Positions 24,457 through 33,371 of a stretch of DNA of 64,000 nt are shown piece by piece; positions within the stretch are counted from its first letter, which is position 1; each line of letters starts with the position of its first letter. This DNA is from a virus (lineage: Duplodnaviria; Caudoviricetes): the IMG/VR virus record IMGVR_UViG_3300012232_000003, positions 788 through 64,787 of that record, one strand, 5' to 3'. A program made the translations under genes and the position numbers. The notes beneath the pieces are model-generated. The model saw only the letters and a list, made by a program, of their open reading frames with translations, was not told the origin of the DNA and ran no database searches.

Positions 24457-24843
24457 AAAGCCTTCACGAAAGACATCTGCCGTCAGATGGCTGACGACCT
24501 CACGAACCATCTCTCACAATTCGAGAAGACCTGGGGCGTCAAGGTCGAGTATCGCGGCGGCAAGTTCGACGCCAACAGGTTCAACCCCAAGATCGAGATC
24601 ACCATCGCCGGCGAGAACGGCGAGGCACTCTACCTGAGCGAAGCCCAGGAGTGGAAGCTCTACGCTTTCATGGAGGGCCTCAAGGTCGAGTGGTTAGGCC
24701 GCACGATCCGTGGCAAGAACAGAGACCTCAAGATTGTCGGCCTCAGCCGTACCCGTCGCAAGAAGCCGGTGATGCTGACCGACAGCGACGGCCGCGTCTA
24801 CTTCGCACCGGTCGCCGCCATCACGACTCAGATCAAAGACTGA
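24454..24843 (+). CDS. Hypothetical protein (cassette array)
   Basis: Start refined to ATG 24454; strong codon bias. Confidence 0.75.
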   Translation: MKAFTKDICRQMADDLTNHLSQFEKTWGVKVEYRGGKFDANRFNPKIEITIAGENGEALYLSEAQEWKLYAFMEGLKVEWLGRTIRGKNRDLKIVGLSRTRRKKPVMLTDSDGRVYFAPVAAITTQIKD

Positions 24844-24913
24844 CACATCAAGGTGGGGATCGAGGGTCCCCACATTCATGTGCCAGCGTACCACCTCAAC
24901 GGAGACTGACATG
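24841..24913 (+). repeat. Intergenic cassette repeat with hairpin
   Basis: TGACACATCAAG-GTGGGGATC-GAG-GGTCCCCAC-ATTCATGTGCCAGCGTA..ACCTCAACGGAGACTGAC. Confidence 0.85.
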
Positions 24914-25159
24914 GCTACCATGAGAAATCTCGCTACTGAGTTCCCCCAGCTCAAGGGCCTCACCACCTACCTGGGTGCCCACCGTCGGATCGACAATGCC
25001 GTCAAGCTGATGGGCGATGAGGCCCACACACAGTACGGCTTCCTCTGGATCATCCTCCAGCGTGGCAACACGTTCATACCGATCGCGATCCTCAACGACA
25101 CCAACCGTCATCTGGCACTCTTCCTCGCCAACCGTGGCATTGGCGTCACCACCTCCTGA
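24911..25159 (+). CDS. Hypothetical protein (cassette array)
   Basis: GGAGACTGAC-ATG start. Confidence 0.7.
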   Translation: MATMRNLATEFPQLKGLTTYLGAHRRIDNAVKLMGDEAHTQYGFLWIILQRGNTFIPIAILNDTNRHLALFLANRGIGVTTS

Positions 25160-25171
25160 AAGGAGACTGAC

Positions 25172-25384
25172 ATGGCTAAGGATGACAAGTACATCGACTA
25201 CATGTACAAAAAACTGGCTAGACAGCCAGGAGTCATCGACACCCAATCGTTCATAGCAGGTGGTCGTAGACCGCCAAAGACCAGGAGCCTTCGCTACCTT
25301 CAAGAGAAATCGGTTCGTGAACGTCACAAACCGATCACTCTTGCTCCGTTGCCGGGCAACTGGTATAACGACGAGACTGAATGA
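25172..25384 (+). CDS. Hypothetical protein (cassette array)
   Basis: GGAGACTGAC-ATG start. Confidence 0.65.
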   Translation: MAKDDKYIDYMYKKLARQPGVIDTQSFIAGGRRPPKTRSLRYLQEKSVRERHKPITLAPLPGNWYNDETE

Positions 25385-25413
25385 CTGCAACCTATCACCC
25401 CATGGAGACTGAC

Positions 25414-25644
25414 ATGTGCAACGTCAACAGAACCGAACGTCCCTTCCGTGTCAAGCTGCGTCGCAACTACATCAGCGGGTCATGCCTCATCGGCATCGAC
25501 CTCTGCGTCGAGTACACCGTCTTCGCTCGCTCGAAGGCTGAGGCCTACGGACGATCCACCGGCAAGTTCAAGGCGGTGGGAACCAGGGCAGCCTGGTACA
25601 TCGACCAGCCTTGGCTGACGCCCACCGAAGAGTGTCGCCAGTGA
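25414..25644 (+). CDS. Hypothetical protein (cassette array)
   Basis: GGAGACTGAC-ATG start at 25414. Confidence 0.6.
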   Translation: MCNVNRTERPFRVKLRRNYISGSCLIGIDLCVEYTVFARSKAEAYGRSTGKFKAVGTRAAWYIDQPWLTPTEECRQ

Positions 25645-25958
25645 ACAAGCTCTCTCGCAAAGAGCGGAGAGCACGGCGGCGGGCCAAAAAGCTCGCCGCC
25701 AAGATCGCTGCACGTCCGATCGAGCTCCTCGACCGTGGACCAACGACACGTCTAGTTGTTGGTCCTATCAACAAATTCTCGGCCGATGATATCGAAGGTC
25801 TCATTGACCGAGAGCAATACGCTAGCTCGTTCTTCATCGTGGTCTTCTCAGGCGACGGTTACCGCGACGTAGATCGTTGTGGTCCAAAGTTTTGCGCCGA
25901 CGCCTGCGTCCGTCACTTCAAGGTCGCGTATCCCAAGGTTCAAATAACCTGGTGTTAA
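25641..25958 (+). CDS. Hypothetical protein
   Basis: GTGA overlap with the previous gene. Confidence 0.55.
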   Translation: MNKLSRKERRARRRAKKLAAKIAARPIELLDRGPTTRLVVGPINKFSADDIEGLIDREQYASSFFIVVFSGDGYRDVDRCGPKFCADACVRHFKVAYPKVQITWC

Positions 25959-25992
25959 CCCAGGTGGGTTACCCTCACATAAGGAGACTGAC

Positions 25993-27537
25993 ATGCAACA
26001 ACTAACCAACGCGATCAGACCCTCGCCACAACAGCTGGCGGCGGTCGAATTCATCAAAAGTCCCAAGGCTGGCAACCTCTTCGTCGAGGCTGTCGCTGGT
26101 GCTGGCAAGTCCACGCTGCTTCGCATGATGGTCGAGCACATGAAGTTCTGGACCGTCATCTGTGCCTTCAACAAGAAGATCTCTCACGAGATGACCATGA
26201 AGCTCGTGGAAGCCAACGGCATGCGTGACAAACTTCGTGTCAGTACGATCCACTCCATGGGCTTCTCTGCCTGGGGTGCCTATTGTCGTGGCGGACCCAA
26301 GCTCATCGTCGATGTCAAGGTCAAGCGCACCCGCATGCACGTTGAGATCGAGACCCCTGACGAGCTCCAAGCGCTCGTGGGCAAGCTTGTGGATCTCTCA
26401 CGGCAGGCAGGTGTAATGCTCTACTGGCCGGTGAGTGATCGCGCCAAGTGGTTCGAGATCATCGAGCGTCACGACCTCAACGAGATGGTTGAGAATGATG
26501 GCGAGCTCGATACCGCCATCGACTATGCAATCAAAGGCTTGGCGTTCCACAAGCGTACCGGCAAAGAGATCATCGACTTCGAGGACATGATCTGGTTGCC
26601 GATCGTGACGGAGATCAAGCCATTCACCTACAACTGGATCCTCGTCGATGAGGCCCAGGACACGAACCCGTCACGTCGCGCACTGATCCGCAAGCTGCTT
26701 TGGAAAGGTGGCCGCGTGGTCTTCGTCGGCGACCGCAAGCAAGCTATCTACGGCTTCACTGGCGCGGACAACGACGCGATCGAGCAGATCATCCGCGACT
26801 TCAATTGCACGTCATTGCCGCTGACGGTCACCTACCGGTGTCCCAAATCGGTGGTGAAGCTTGCTCGGGACTACGTTGACCACATCGAGGCGCACGAGTC
26901 GGCACCTCAAGGTTCGGTTGTCGACATCAGCGCAAAGGACTTCAGGGAGCAAACGATCCCTACGTTGAAGGCAGGCGACTCGATCTTGTGCCGCAACACC
27001 AAACCACTCGTCGCGTGCGCCTTCTCATTGATCAAGAGGATGATCCCGTGTCACGTCGAAGGTCGGGACATCGGGGCAGGCCTCATCGAGCTCTCCAACA
27101 AGTTCTCGAAGGTTCGCTCCATCGACGTATGGCGTCTGCGGTTGGAGAACTATCGTGACCGCATGGTCGAACGGCTCAATGCCAAGGGCAAGGAAACCCA
27201 GGCACAGTCCGTCGAGGATAAGGTCGACACGCTCCTAGTACTCGGCGAGGGTTGCATCAACGTCAATCAAGTTGCTGACCGGATCCGCCAACTCTTCAAG
27301 GACTCGTATAAGGAGGACGGGACGCTCGATCCCGAGTGCATCAACCGCGTGGTCCTCTCGACGGTTCACAAGGCCAAAGGCCGCGAGTGGGATCGGGTGT
27401 TCATCCTTGGCTTCAACAAGTACATGCCCAGCAAATACGCCCGTCAAGAGTGGCAGATGGATCAAGAGCGCAACATCATCTACGTGGCGATCACCAGATC
27501 CAAGAACGAGCTAGCGTTGGTTGAAGCATTGGAGTAA
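25993..27537 (+). CDS. UvrD/Rep-like superfamily I helicase
   Basis: AVAGAGKS, LVDEAQD, VGDRKQAIYGF, TYRCP, STVHKAKGREW and YVAITR. Confidence 0.92.
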   Translation: MQQLTNAIRPSPQQLAAVEFIKSPKAGNLFVEAVAGAGKSTLLRMMVEHMKFWTVICAFNKKISHEMTMKLVEANGMRDKLRVSTIHSMGFSAWGAYCRGGPKLIVDVKVKRTRMHVEIETPDELQALVGKLVDLSRQAGVMLYWPVSDRAKWFEIIERHDLNEMVENDGELDTAIDYAIKGLAFHKRTGKEIIDFEDMIWLPIVTEIKPFTYNWILVDEAQDTNPSRRALIRKLLWKGGRVVFVGDRKQAIYGFTGADNDAIEQIIRDFNCTSLPLTVTYRCPKSVVKLARDYVDHIEAHESAPQGSVVDISAKDFREQTIPTLKAGDSILCRNTKPLVACAFSLIKRMIPCHVEGRDIGAGLIELSNKFSKVRSIDVWRLRLENYRDRMVERLNAKGKETQAQSVEDKVDTLLVLGEGCINVNQVADRIRQLFKDSYKEDGTLDPECINRVVLSTVHKAKGREWDRVFILGFNKYMPSKYARQEWQMDQERNIIYVAITRSKNELALVEALE

Positions 27538-27541
27538 AAGC

Positions 27542-27790
27542 ATGGTTGACAGCAAGAAGTGCTACGAGGATGGGTTCCTCGACGTGACCGGTGCCGATGG
27601 GGTTGAGATCATGATCTCCGATCCCATCGGTGGGGTAGGAGTTGGTAACCTACCTGTGATACACTTAACGGTGATGGCCAACAAGACCATGGTGGCCAAT
27701 GTGCGCATCTGCCGGATCGCAGGCCCGATCCAAGTTCTTGACAACAGGAGACCTCAACGTGAAAACATACGTCGGAAATCCAAGGGATAG
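27542..27790 (+). CDS. Hypothetical protein
   Basis: An 82-aa ORF after a GGAG RBS. Confidence 0.5.
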   Translation: MVDSKKCYEDGFLDVTGADGVEIMISDPIGGVGVGNLPVIHLTVMANKTMVANVRICRIAGPIQVLDNRRPQRENIRRKSKG

Positions 27791-28184
27791 GGACTGGCTT
27801 GTTTATGTCCACAAAGACGGAAACAAAGTCGTCACACGTCTCAACCCACGCAACGACGTGATCAACCACTCTCCTGACGGGTTCGCCTGGGGCTTCGGCG
27901 GGTCAGGACCAGCACAGCTCTCACTGGCCCTACTGATCGATGCCTGGGAGGGTCACTGCGCCGATTATGTCCCCAAGGCCAAGAGCCTCTACCAGCACTT
28001 CAAGCGTCGGATCATCGCTCGCATAGGACAAGAGGAACATTGGTCGATGTCCGATACGATGGTCCGCGCGCTCTCAGGCTTGGTCGAGGCCGACATCGTC
28101 AAGACACGAGCCTATCCTGAGATGCCCCCGCCCAGCGACGTGGAGATCACATTCGCAAAGCAGGCAGGCATCATCAAAGAATAA
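27759..28184 (+). CDS. DUF6166-like protein
   Basis: NHSPDGFAWGFGGSGPAQLSLALL. Confidence 0.7.
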   Translation: MKTYVGNPRDRDWLVYVHKDGNKVVTRLNPRNDVINHSPDGFAWGFGGSGPAQLSLALLIDAWEGHCADYVPKAKSLYQHFKRRIIARIGQEEHWSMSDTMVRALSGLVEADIVKTRAYPEMPPPSDVEITFAKQAGIIKE

Positions 28185-28302
28185 GCCCCGAGCTCCAACG
28201 GGTGCGTTGTGTGCATCCAGGCGAGAGTCTAGGACGATGTCGGCGGGGCTAAAGCATTTCACCGGCAACTAATCGTCCGTCACACACCTTCGGGAGAGTG
28301 GT

Positions 28303-28539
28303 ATGAGTAATAGTCACCCCTTCAAGATCGTGGTCGATGATCAAGATCAACTTGCGGCCTTGAAGGGGTTCCCGGGGCCTACAATGTTTTGCTACAACAT
28401 ACACGCCGACAGTTGGCTAGCTGAAAGAGGAACCAAACAACGGTGCTTTGCATTTAGACGGAAAGCCGAACGCAATGCTTTTCGCTACATGCTCAACATG
28501 CTCGAGATCAAGTTTCTCGAGTCCGAGGATCACACATGA
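28303..28539 (+). CDS. Hypothetical protein
   Basis: A 78-aa ORF with a GGGAG RBS. Confidence 0.55.
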   Translation: MSNSHPFKIVVDDQDQLAALKGFPGPTMFCYNIHADSWLAERGTKQRCFAFRRKAERNAFRYMLNMLEIKFLESEDHT

Positions 28540-28619
28540 TCACCATCTATCGTCTCGCCGCCTATGCCAGCTTTGCCCTCATCTTGTGGGTGCTGGTATC
28601 AACCCTCTAGGAGATCACC

Positions 28620-28862
28620 ATGAAGACCATCGGTTACCTTGCCCTGGGTACCCTCTCACTCGGCATCTTGCTGGGTCCAGATCGTCCCTGGGTAACTTAC
28701 ATCTCAATCTGCGCTGCACCCACCGAGCAAATTCGCTGGCAGAATGTCATGCGTCATCTTGATGAGGACAGCCTTCGCGCATTCTATTTGCTTGGTCATG
28801 ATGGCCAAAAGAGAGTCATTGACGATTTATTGGATCGTCTCGGTTGCCCAGTAGGAGGATAA
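28620..28862 (+). CDS. Hypothetical membrane-anchored protein
   Basis: AGGAG RBS and a hydrophobic N-terminus. Confidence 0.55.
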   Translation: MKTIGYLALGTLSLGILLGPDRPWVTYISICAAPTEQIRWQNVMRHLDEDSLRAFYLLGHDGQKRVIDDLLDRLGCPVGG

Positions 28863-28863
28863 C

Positions 28864-29226
28864 ATGCGGGGCCTGCTCATCAAGACCGAGCAACGATGCA
28901 TCGAGCCGATCGACCTGCCCGATGAGGGACTGTCTGCGGTCTATGTAGCACTCCTCATCAACCGTGGGTCACGGACTGTGGAGGCGATCAGGCTCGACCG
29001 CTGCTTGGTTCCTTCAAATGACACGTTGCTGGTCGACGAGGAGGGTCGGCTGCGTCGAGCTACCCAGGCCCTGGGTGGGTTCACGATTGGACCGGCGTTC
29101 TTTGTAGGTCGTGGCCTGATCATAGGCACACGTGGTAGCAAGTTTTCGGACCATCGGATACTCTTGACCTCGCTCTTGGACTACATTGGGTGGGTGCCGG
29201 CGCCGATCAACGGTAGCCCTTCATAG
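28864..29226 (+). CDS. Hypothetical protein (DUF3846-like)
   Basis: LLVDEEGRL...FVGRGLIIG pattern. Confidence 0.55.
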   Translation: MRGLLIKTEQRCIEPIDLPDEGLSAVYVALLINRGSRTVEAIRLDRCLVPSNDTLLVDEEGRLRRATQALGGFTIGPAFFVGRGLIIGTRGSKFSDHRILLTSLLDYIGWVPAPINGSPS

Positions 29227-29277
29227 GGTCGCCCGATATAATGGGCGCTTCTGACGACCCAACCAGTGAGGACATCC

Positions 29278-31209
29278 ATGGGCCTGCCCACCGCCTATCA
29301 AGACATCATTCATTTGTCACGCTACTCACGCTGGAACGAGCTGGCACAGCGACGCGAAAGCTGGGAGGAGACCCCACAGCGCTACATCTCTTTCATGCAA
29401 GAGCACCTGCAAGACAATTTCGGCATAGACTCGAATGATCCTATCTTTGGTACAGCCTACCGTGCGATCTTCAAGACCGAGGTGATGCCCAGCATGCGGT
29501 GCATGATGAGCGCCGGCAAGGCATTGCAACGTGAGCCTCTGTGTGGCTTCAACTGCACGTACCGAGCGGTCGATGACCTGCGTGCCTTTGACGAGATCAT
29601 GTACATTCTCATGTGTGGCTGCGGCGTGGGCTTCTCGGTCGAACGGCAATTCACCGGCAAGTTGCCGATGATCGCTCGCCGGTTCAAAGACGTCGGTCAC
29701 GTCATCACCGTCGCTGACTCTCGAACTGGTTGGTGCGAGGCATTCCGTAACTTGCTGCTTCACCTGGTTGACGGCGAGGTTCCCTCCTGGGACGTGTCTC
29801 GTGTCCGTAAGGCTGGTGCCCGCTTGAAGACCATGGGTGGCACCGCCTCGGGTCCAGCACCTTTGGTGGAGCTGTTCAAGTTCACCGTGCACACTTTCAA
29901 AGAAGCCGCTGGACGTCGACTCAGTTCGCTCGAGTGTCACGACATAGTCTGCAAGATCGGCGACATCGTGGTGGTCGGTGGGGTTCGACGATCTGCACTC
30001 ATCTCGCTCAGTAACCCAAGCGACATGCGTCTGCGACACGCCAAGGCGGGAGACTGGCGTCGGGTTGCACCCTGGCGTGAGCTCGCCAACAACTCTGCCG
30101 CCTATACCGAACCACCCACCACCGGCGCATTCATGGCTGAGTGGCTCTCCCTCTACGAGAGCAAGTCGGGCGAGCGAGGCTTCTTCAGTCGAGTGGCCGC
30201 TATCGAAAAGTGCCGATCGATAGGACGCAAGGTCGACTGGGATAACGGCGAGGACGACCCCATCGACTTTGGCACCAATCCATGCGGCGAGATCATCCTG
30301 CGCTCACAGCAAACGTGCAACCTGACCGAGGTCGTGGCACGTGATCATGACAACTTCGACTCGTTGGCACGCAAAGTGCAGATGTCTGCGATACTTGGTA
30401 CCTGGCAATCGACCCTCACGAGGTTCGGCTACGTCAATGAGAAGTGGCGCAAGAATTGCGAGGAGGAGCGACTGCTGGGAGCAAGCATCACCGGTATCAT
30501 GGACTCTCCCATACTCAACGGTTCCAAGAGCGACACCGACATGACGTTTAGGGAGCTCCGTCGTATTGCCAGGCAAACAAATAAAGAGTGGGCCGAGCGC
30601 CTGGGTATCCCACCCAGTGCTGCAATTACCTGCGTAAAGCCCTCGGGAACCGTCTCACTGCTCGTCAACTCCTCCTCAGGGATCCATGCTCGCTTCGCCA
30701 AGCAATACATTCGTCGGGTCGCCTTCGACCTCAACGACCCTGTGGCCCAGGTCATCAAGGCCCAGGGTTTTCAGTGGGAGCCGCACGCAACCAAGCCTCA
30801 ATATATGATCGTGTTCAAGTTCCCGATGCGTGCGCCCGACAACTGCATCGTCGATGGTGACCGCTCGGCCATAGAGACGCTTGATCACTGGCGTATGGTT
30901 CGTGAGAACTGGTGTGACCACAATCCCTCGACCACCATCAACGTCGAAGAGCACGAGTGGCCTGCCGTCGGTGGCTACGTGTTCGACCACTTTAAGGAGG
31001 TGGGTGGACTCGCCTTCATGCCCTCGAGCGACACCATGTACACGCAGGCACCTCTCGAGAAGGTTACGGAGTCGCAGCTCGAAGAGCTCGAGTCAGCAAC
31101 ACCAAAATCAATAGACTGGACCCAGCTCGAACAGCTCGAGAGAACCGATAGGACCGAGACCGCGCGGGAACTGGCTTGTGTCGGTGACGCTTGTGAAGTG
31201 AGGTTGTGA
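29278..31209 (+). CDS. nrdJ: Class II (adenosylcobalamin-dependent) ribonucleotide reductase, monomeric RTPR-like
   Basis: PSMR, FNCTY, GGVRRSA, GTNPCGEI, TCNLTEV, TCVKPSGTVS and a C-terminal ACVGDAC. No beta-subunit gene is present. Confidence 0.92.
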   Translation: MGLPTAYQDIIHLSRYSRWNELAQRRESWEETPQRYISFMQEHLQDNFGIDSNDPIFGTAYRAIFKTEVMPSMRCMMSAGKALQREPLCGFNCTYRAVDDLRAFDEIMYILMCGCGVGFSVERQFTGKLPMIARRFKDVGHVITVADSRTGWCEAFRNLLLHLVDGEVPSWDVSRVRKAGARLKTMGGTASGPAPLVELFKFTVHTFKEAAGRRLSSLECHDIVCKIGDIVVVGGVRRSALISLSNPSDMRLRHAKAGDWRRVAPWRELANNSAAYTEPPTTGAFMAEWLSLYESKSGERGFFSRVAAIEKCRSIGRKVDWDNGEDDPIDFGTNPCGEIILRSQQTCNLTEVVARDHDNFDSLARKVQMSAILGTWQSTLTRFGYVNEKWRKNCEEERLLGASITGIMDSPILNGSKSDTDMTFRELRRIARQTNKEWAERLGIPPSAAITCVKPSGTVSLLVNSSSGIHARFAKQYIRRVAFDLNDPVAQVIKAQGFQWEPHATKPQYMIVFKFPMRAPDNCIVDGDRSAIETLDHWRMVRENWCDHNPSTTINVEEHEWPAVGGYVFDHFKEVGGLAFMPSSDTMYTQAPLEKVTESQLEELESATPKSIDWTQLEQLERTDRTETARELACVGDACEVRL

Positions 31210-31406
31210 TGTGGCCTACCTGGAATGATCAAGGTCGTCGGGTCGAGGTCACCTGGCCCGACGGCACCAAGACCGAGGGCGTTCTCGTTGCTGAGGATTA
31301 TGTGCCAGCAAAAGATGACGAGGATGAAATGCCCATTTGGTACGTCTACTTCAAGGACGGATCCAAGAAATCGTTCATTGATCAGAAGGATTGGAGGTTC
31401 GTGTGA
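31206..31406 (+). CDS. Small beta-rich protein, paralogue A
   Basis: DQGRRVEVTWPDG...IWYVYFKDG...KDWRF. Confidence 0.6.
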   Translation: MMWPTWNDQGRRVEVTWPDGTKTEGVLVAEDYVPAKDDEDEMPIWYVYFKDGSKKSFIDQKDWRFV

Positions 31407-31591
31407 ATTTGCCCACGAAGCACGATCAAGGTCGCAAGGTTGAGGTCACCTTCAAAGACGGCAGTACCGGTGTCGGCATCCTGGTCATCCATCGGATCTG
31501 GATGGGATCTGACATCTGGTACGTCTACCTGCGAAACGGTGACCAGATAATCCTGGTCAACTTCAAGGATTGGAATTTCATTGACACCTGA
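31403..31591 (+). CDS. Small beta-rich protein, paralogue B
   Basis: DQGRKVEVTFKDG...IWYVYLRNG...KDWNF. Confidence 0.6.
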   Translation: MNLPTKHDQGRKVEVTFKDGSTGVGILVIHRIWMGSDIWYVYLRNGDQIILVNFKDWNFIDT

Positions 31592-31832
31592 AGTCAAACA
31601 CGCACTCATCAACCTCGAGTTGGAGCACGGCAGATGGCTGGGCGTCATCGCCGCGCTTCGCCACATCGACCCCTATACCAGCGAACGTCTCGCCCTAGAG
31701 ATCAAGCACTGGTGGGAGCGGTACGCGCTCGAGTTGAAATATAGGACGCCTAGGAAGGCGCCAGAACAGCGGGAGGGTGGGGTGGTAGAACTACCCCACC
31801 CGCCCGAGGATCCCACCCCACAGCCTACCTAG
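31581..31832 (+). CDS. Hypothetical protein
   Basis: Last ORF of the + arm. Confidence 0.45.
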   Translation: MTPEVKHALINLELEHGRWLGVIAALRHIDPYTSERLALEIKHWWERYALELKYRTPRKAPEQREGGVVELPHPPEDPTPQPT

Positions 31833-31908
31833 GGCGATCTACGGCTGGTAGACGGCTGGTAGAAAGGTCGGAGAAGCCCTGGGGACGGTTGGCAGGGTAG
31901 TTCTACCC
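31775..31908. repeat. Pair of inverted palindromes at the convergence of the two arms
   Basis: GGTAG-AA-CTACC (31784-31795) and GGGTAG-TT-CTACCC (31895-31908), flanking a tandem ACGGCTGGTAG x2. Confidence 0.65.
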
Positions 31909-32001
31909 ACCCAACCAGCCCACTGCTCCTGGGCCTTCCCACGTCGCGCGGCACATACCAGAACAAAGGGTGAACTGTCGATCGACAGTTCTCCTTTCGT
32001 T

Positions 32002-32859
32002 CTACCGCTTGGTGGCGAGGAACTTTAGGGTTTCATTCACGAGCTGTTCACTGCGGTCGCCGACCCAGGCCAAGCGTTGGTGGGGTGGGGCACCCTTCAT
32101 CTGTTTGCCGGTGGCGATACCCTCACGCTCCATGGCGATAGCCCGCGAGTTCTTGTTGCCCTCTTCGCACGTCGGACGGAACATGATCATCGGAACATCC
32201 AGGCCGAGTGAGAACCAGGCCGGACCGTTGCTCACGAAGAGGTTCACCGACGCTGAGTGATAGAGGCTCGCCCTATCGCTCAGATACTTTGACGCACTGG
32301 GATGGGTGTTCAACTTGTGAAGGGGTCGATCGGCAAAGCGTGTATCACGCACGATGACCACGTCATAGCCCTGGGCCTCGAGCTCACCGGCGGCGTGGCA
32401 CCACTCCGGCACGTCACTGTCACGTGCACCCCAGTGACCTCGTCCACATTCACGTAACGTCATTGTGATGAGACGGTTAGCCTTCGGCCAGATCTGGACG
32501 GGCTTGAATGGTCTGATGCCCTTGGCGTAGGCGTCAAAGTAGAAGCTGCCTGCGTACTTGTGGCCGATCTGAAACTCGACCGCGTCGATCTTACGGCGCT
32601 TGGTCTTGACGCTGATGCTCGACACACTCGGTAACATCGTGATCATCGGAAGCACAACGTGTTCCAGCATACTTTCACATTGCTTGACGCTCGACGGCCA
32701 ATATTTGTACCGTCCCCAACCTCCCTCAAGTGAACCCGCCATAAGCTCCACGTCAATGGAGTCATGTCCTCGTCGCAAACGTTCTTGTTCAGCAGCCGCG
32801 AGGAACACTGCGATCGTGTATGATGGTTGCCAGTGCTCGAGATCGTAGACAGCCCTCAT
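32002..32859 (-). CDS. Putative GT-B (GT9-like) glycosyltransferase-fold protein
   Basis: ITMTLRE...RDSDVPEW..AAGELEAQGYDVVIVRDT...RASLYHSASVNLFVSNGPAW. Confidence 0.5.
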   Translation of the reverse strand: MRAVYDLEHWQPSYTIAVFLAAAEQERLRRGHDSIDVELMAGSLEGGWGRYKYWPSSVKQCESMLEHVVLPMITMLPSVSSISVKTKRRKIDAVEFQIGHKYAGSFYFDAYAKGIRPFKPVQIWPKANRLITMTLRECGRGHWGARDSDVPEWCHAAGELEAQGYDVVIVRDTRFADRPLHKLNTHPSASKYLSDRASLYHSASVNLFVSNGPAWFSLGLDVPMIMFRPTCEEGNKNSRAIAMEREGIATGKQMKGAPPHQRLAWVGDRSEQLVNETLKFLATKR

Positions 32860-33308
32860 TTGTTTTCTCGTACCGCCGGACACGGCTGAGCCTCCACCTC
32901 GCAACGGGTCAGCGTCTGACCCAGGGTACTGATCCCAGACTCTTTAATGGATGACCTCGAGCAAGTGTAGGAGACACGCTTGGCGTTCTCCAGGTCCATG
33001 AATTTCTCGCCGATGTGGAACCTCACGGTACCTGCCCACACCTCATCGGCTGCACGCTTGGCACCATCGACAGTCAGGTGCTGGTTGCCCACTCCCTTGT
33101 AGATGCTCTTGCAACCTCGGTCGCGATCAGCACTCGGTTGGTCATCATTGCGATGGCGGTGCCGAACCTGCTTCACCACCACGACCACGCGACGTTGCAC
33201 CCGATGATGACAAGCACGAGACCACTCACAGGAGTTGCGTGGCAACCACTCATCGCTAGCCTGGGCAGGGACGAGTGGTATGAGGCAGAGTAAGATCGCG
33301 AGCCTCAT
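32856..33308 (-). CDS. Secreted Cys-containing hypothetical protein
   Basis: Signal peptide MRLAILLCLIPLVPAQA; several Cys residues. Confidence 0.65.
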   Translation of the reverse strand: MRLAILLCLIPLVPAQASDEWLPRNSCEWSRACHHRVQRRVVVVVKQVRHRHRNDDQPSADRDRGCKSIYKGVGNQHLTVDGAKRAADEVWAGTVRFHIGEKFMDLENAKRVSYTCSRSSIKESGISTLGQTLTRCEVEAQPCPAVRENK

Positions 33309-33319
33309 GTGGGTCTCCT

Positions 33320-33347
33320 AAAAAGAAGGGCGACCTCGCGGCCGCCC
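33320..33347 (-). terminator. Rho-independent terminator after the porin gene
   Basis: GGGCGGCC-GCGA-GGTCGCCC-TTCTTTTT on the minus strand. Confidence 0.8.
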
Positions 33348-33371
33348 AGTTGTCCGCCTAGGGAGGGGAGG

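Noticed and set aside
23632-25992. The repeat-spacer pattern read as a CRISPR array or integron attC cassette array
   Set aside because: The spacers are whole ORFs of variable length, and no cas or integrase gene is present. The G:U pairs and a cUUCGg loop point to an RNA structure rather than an attC site.
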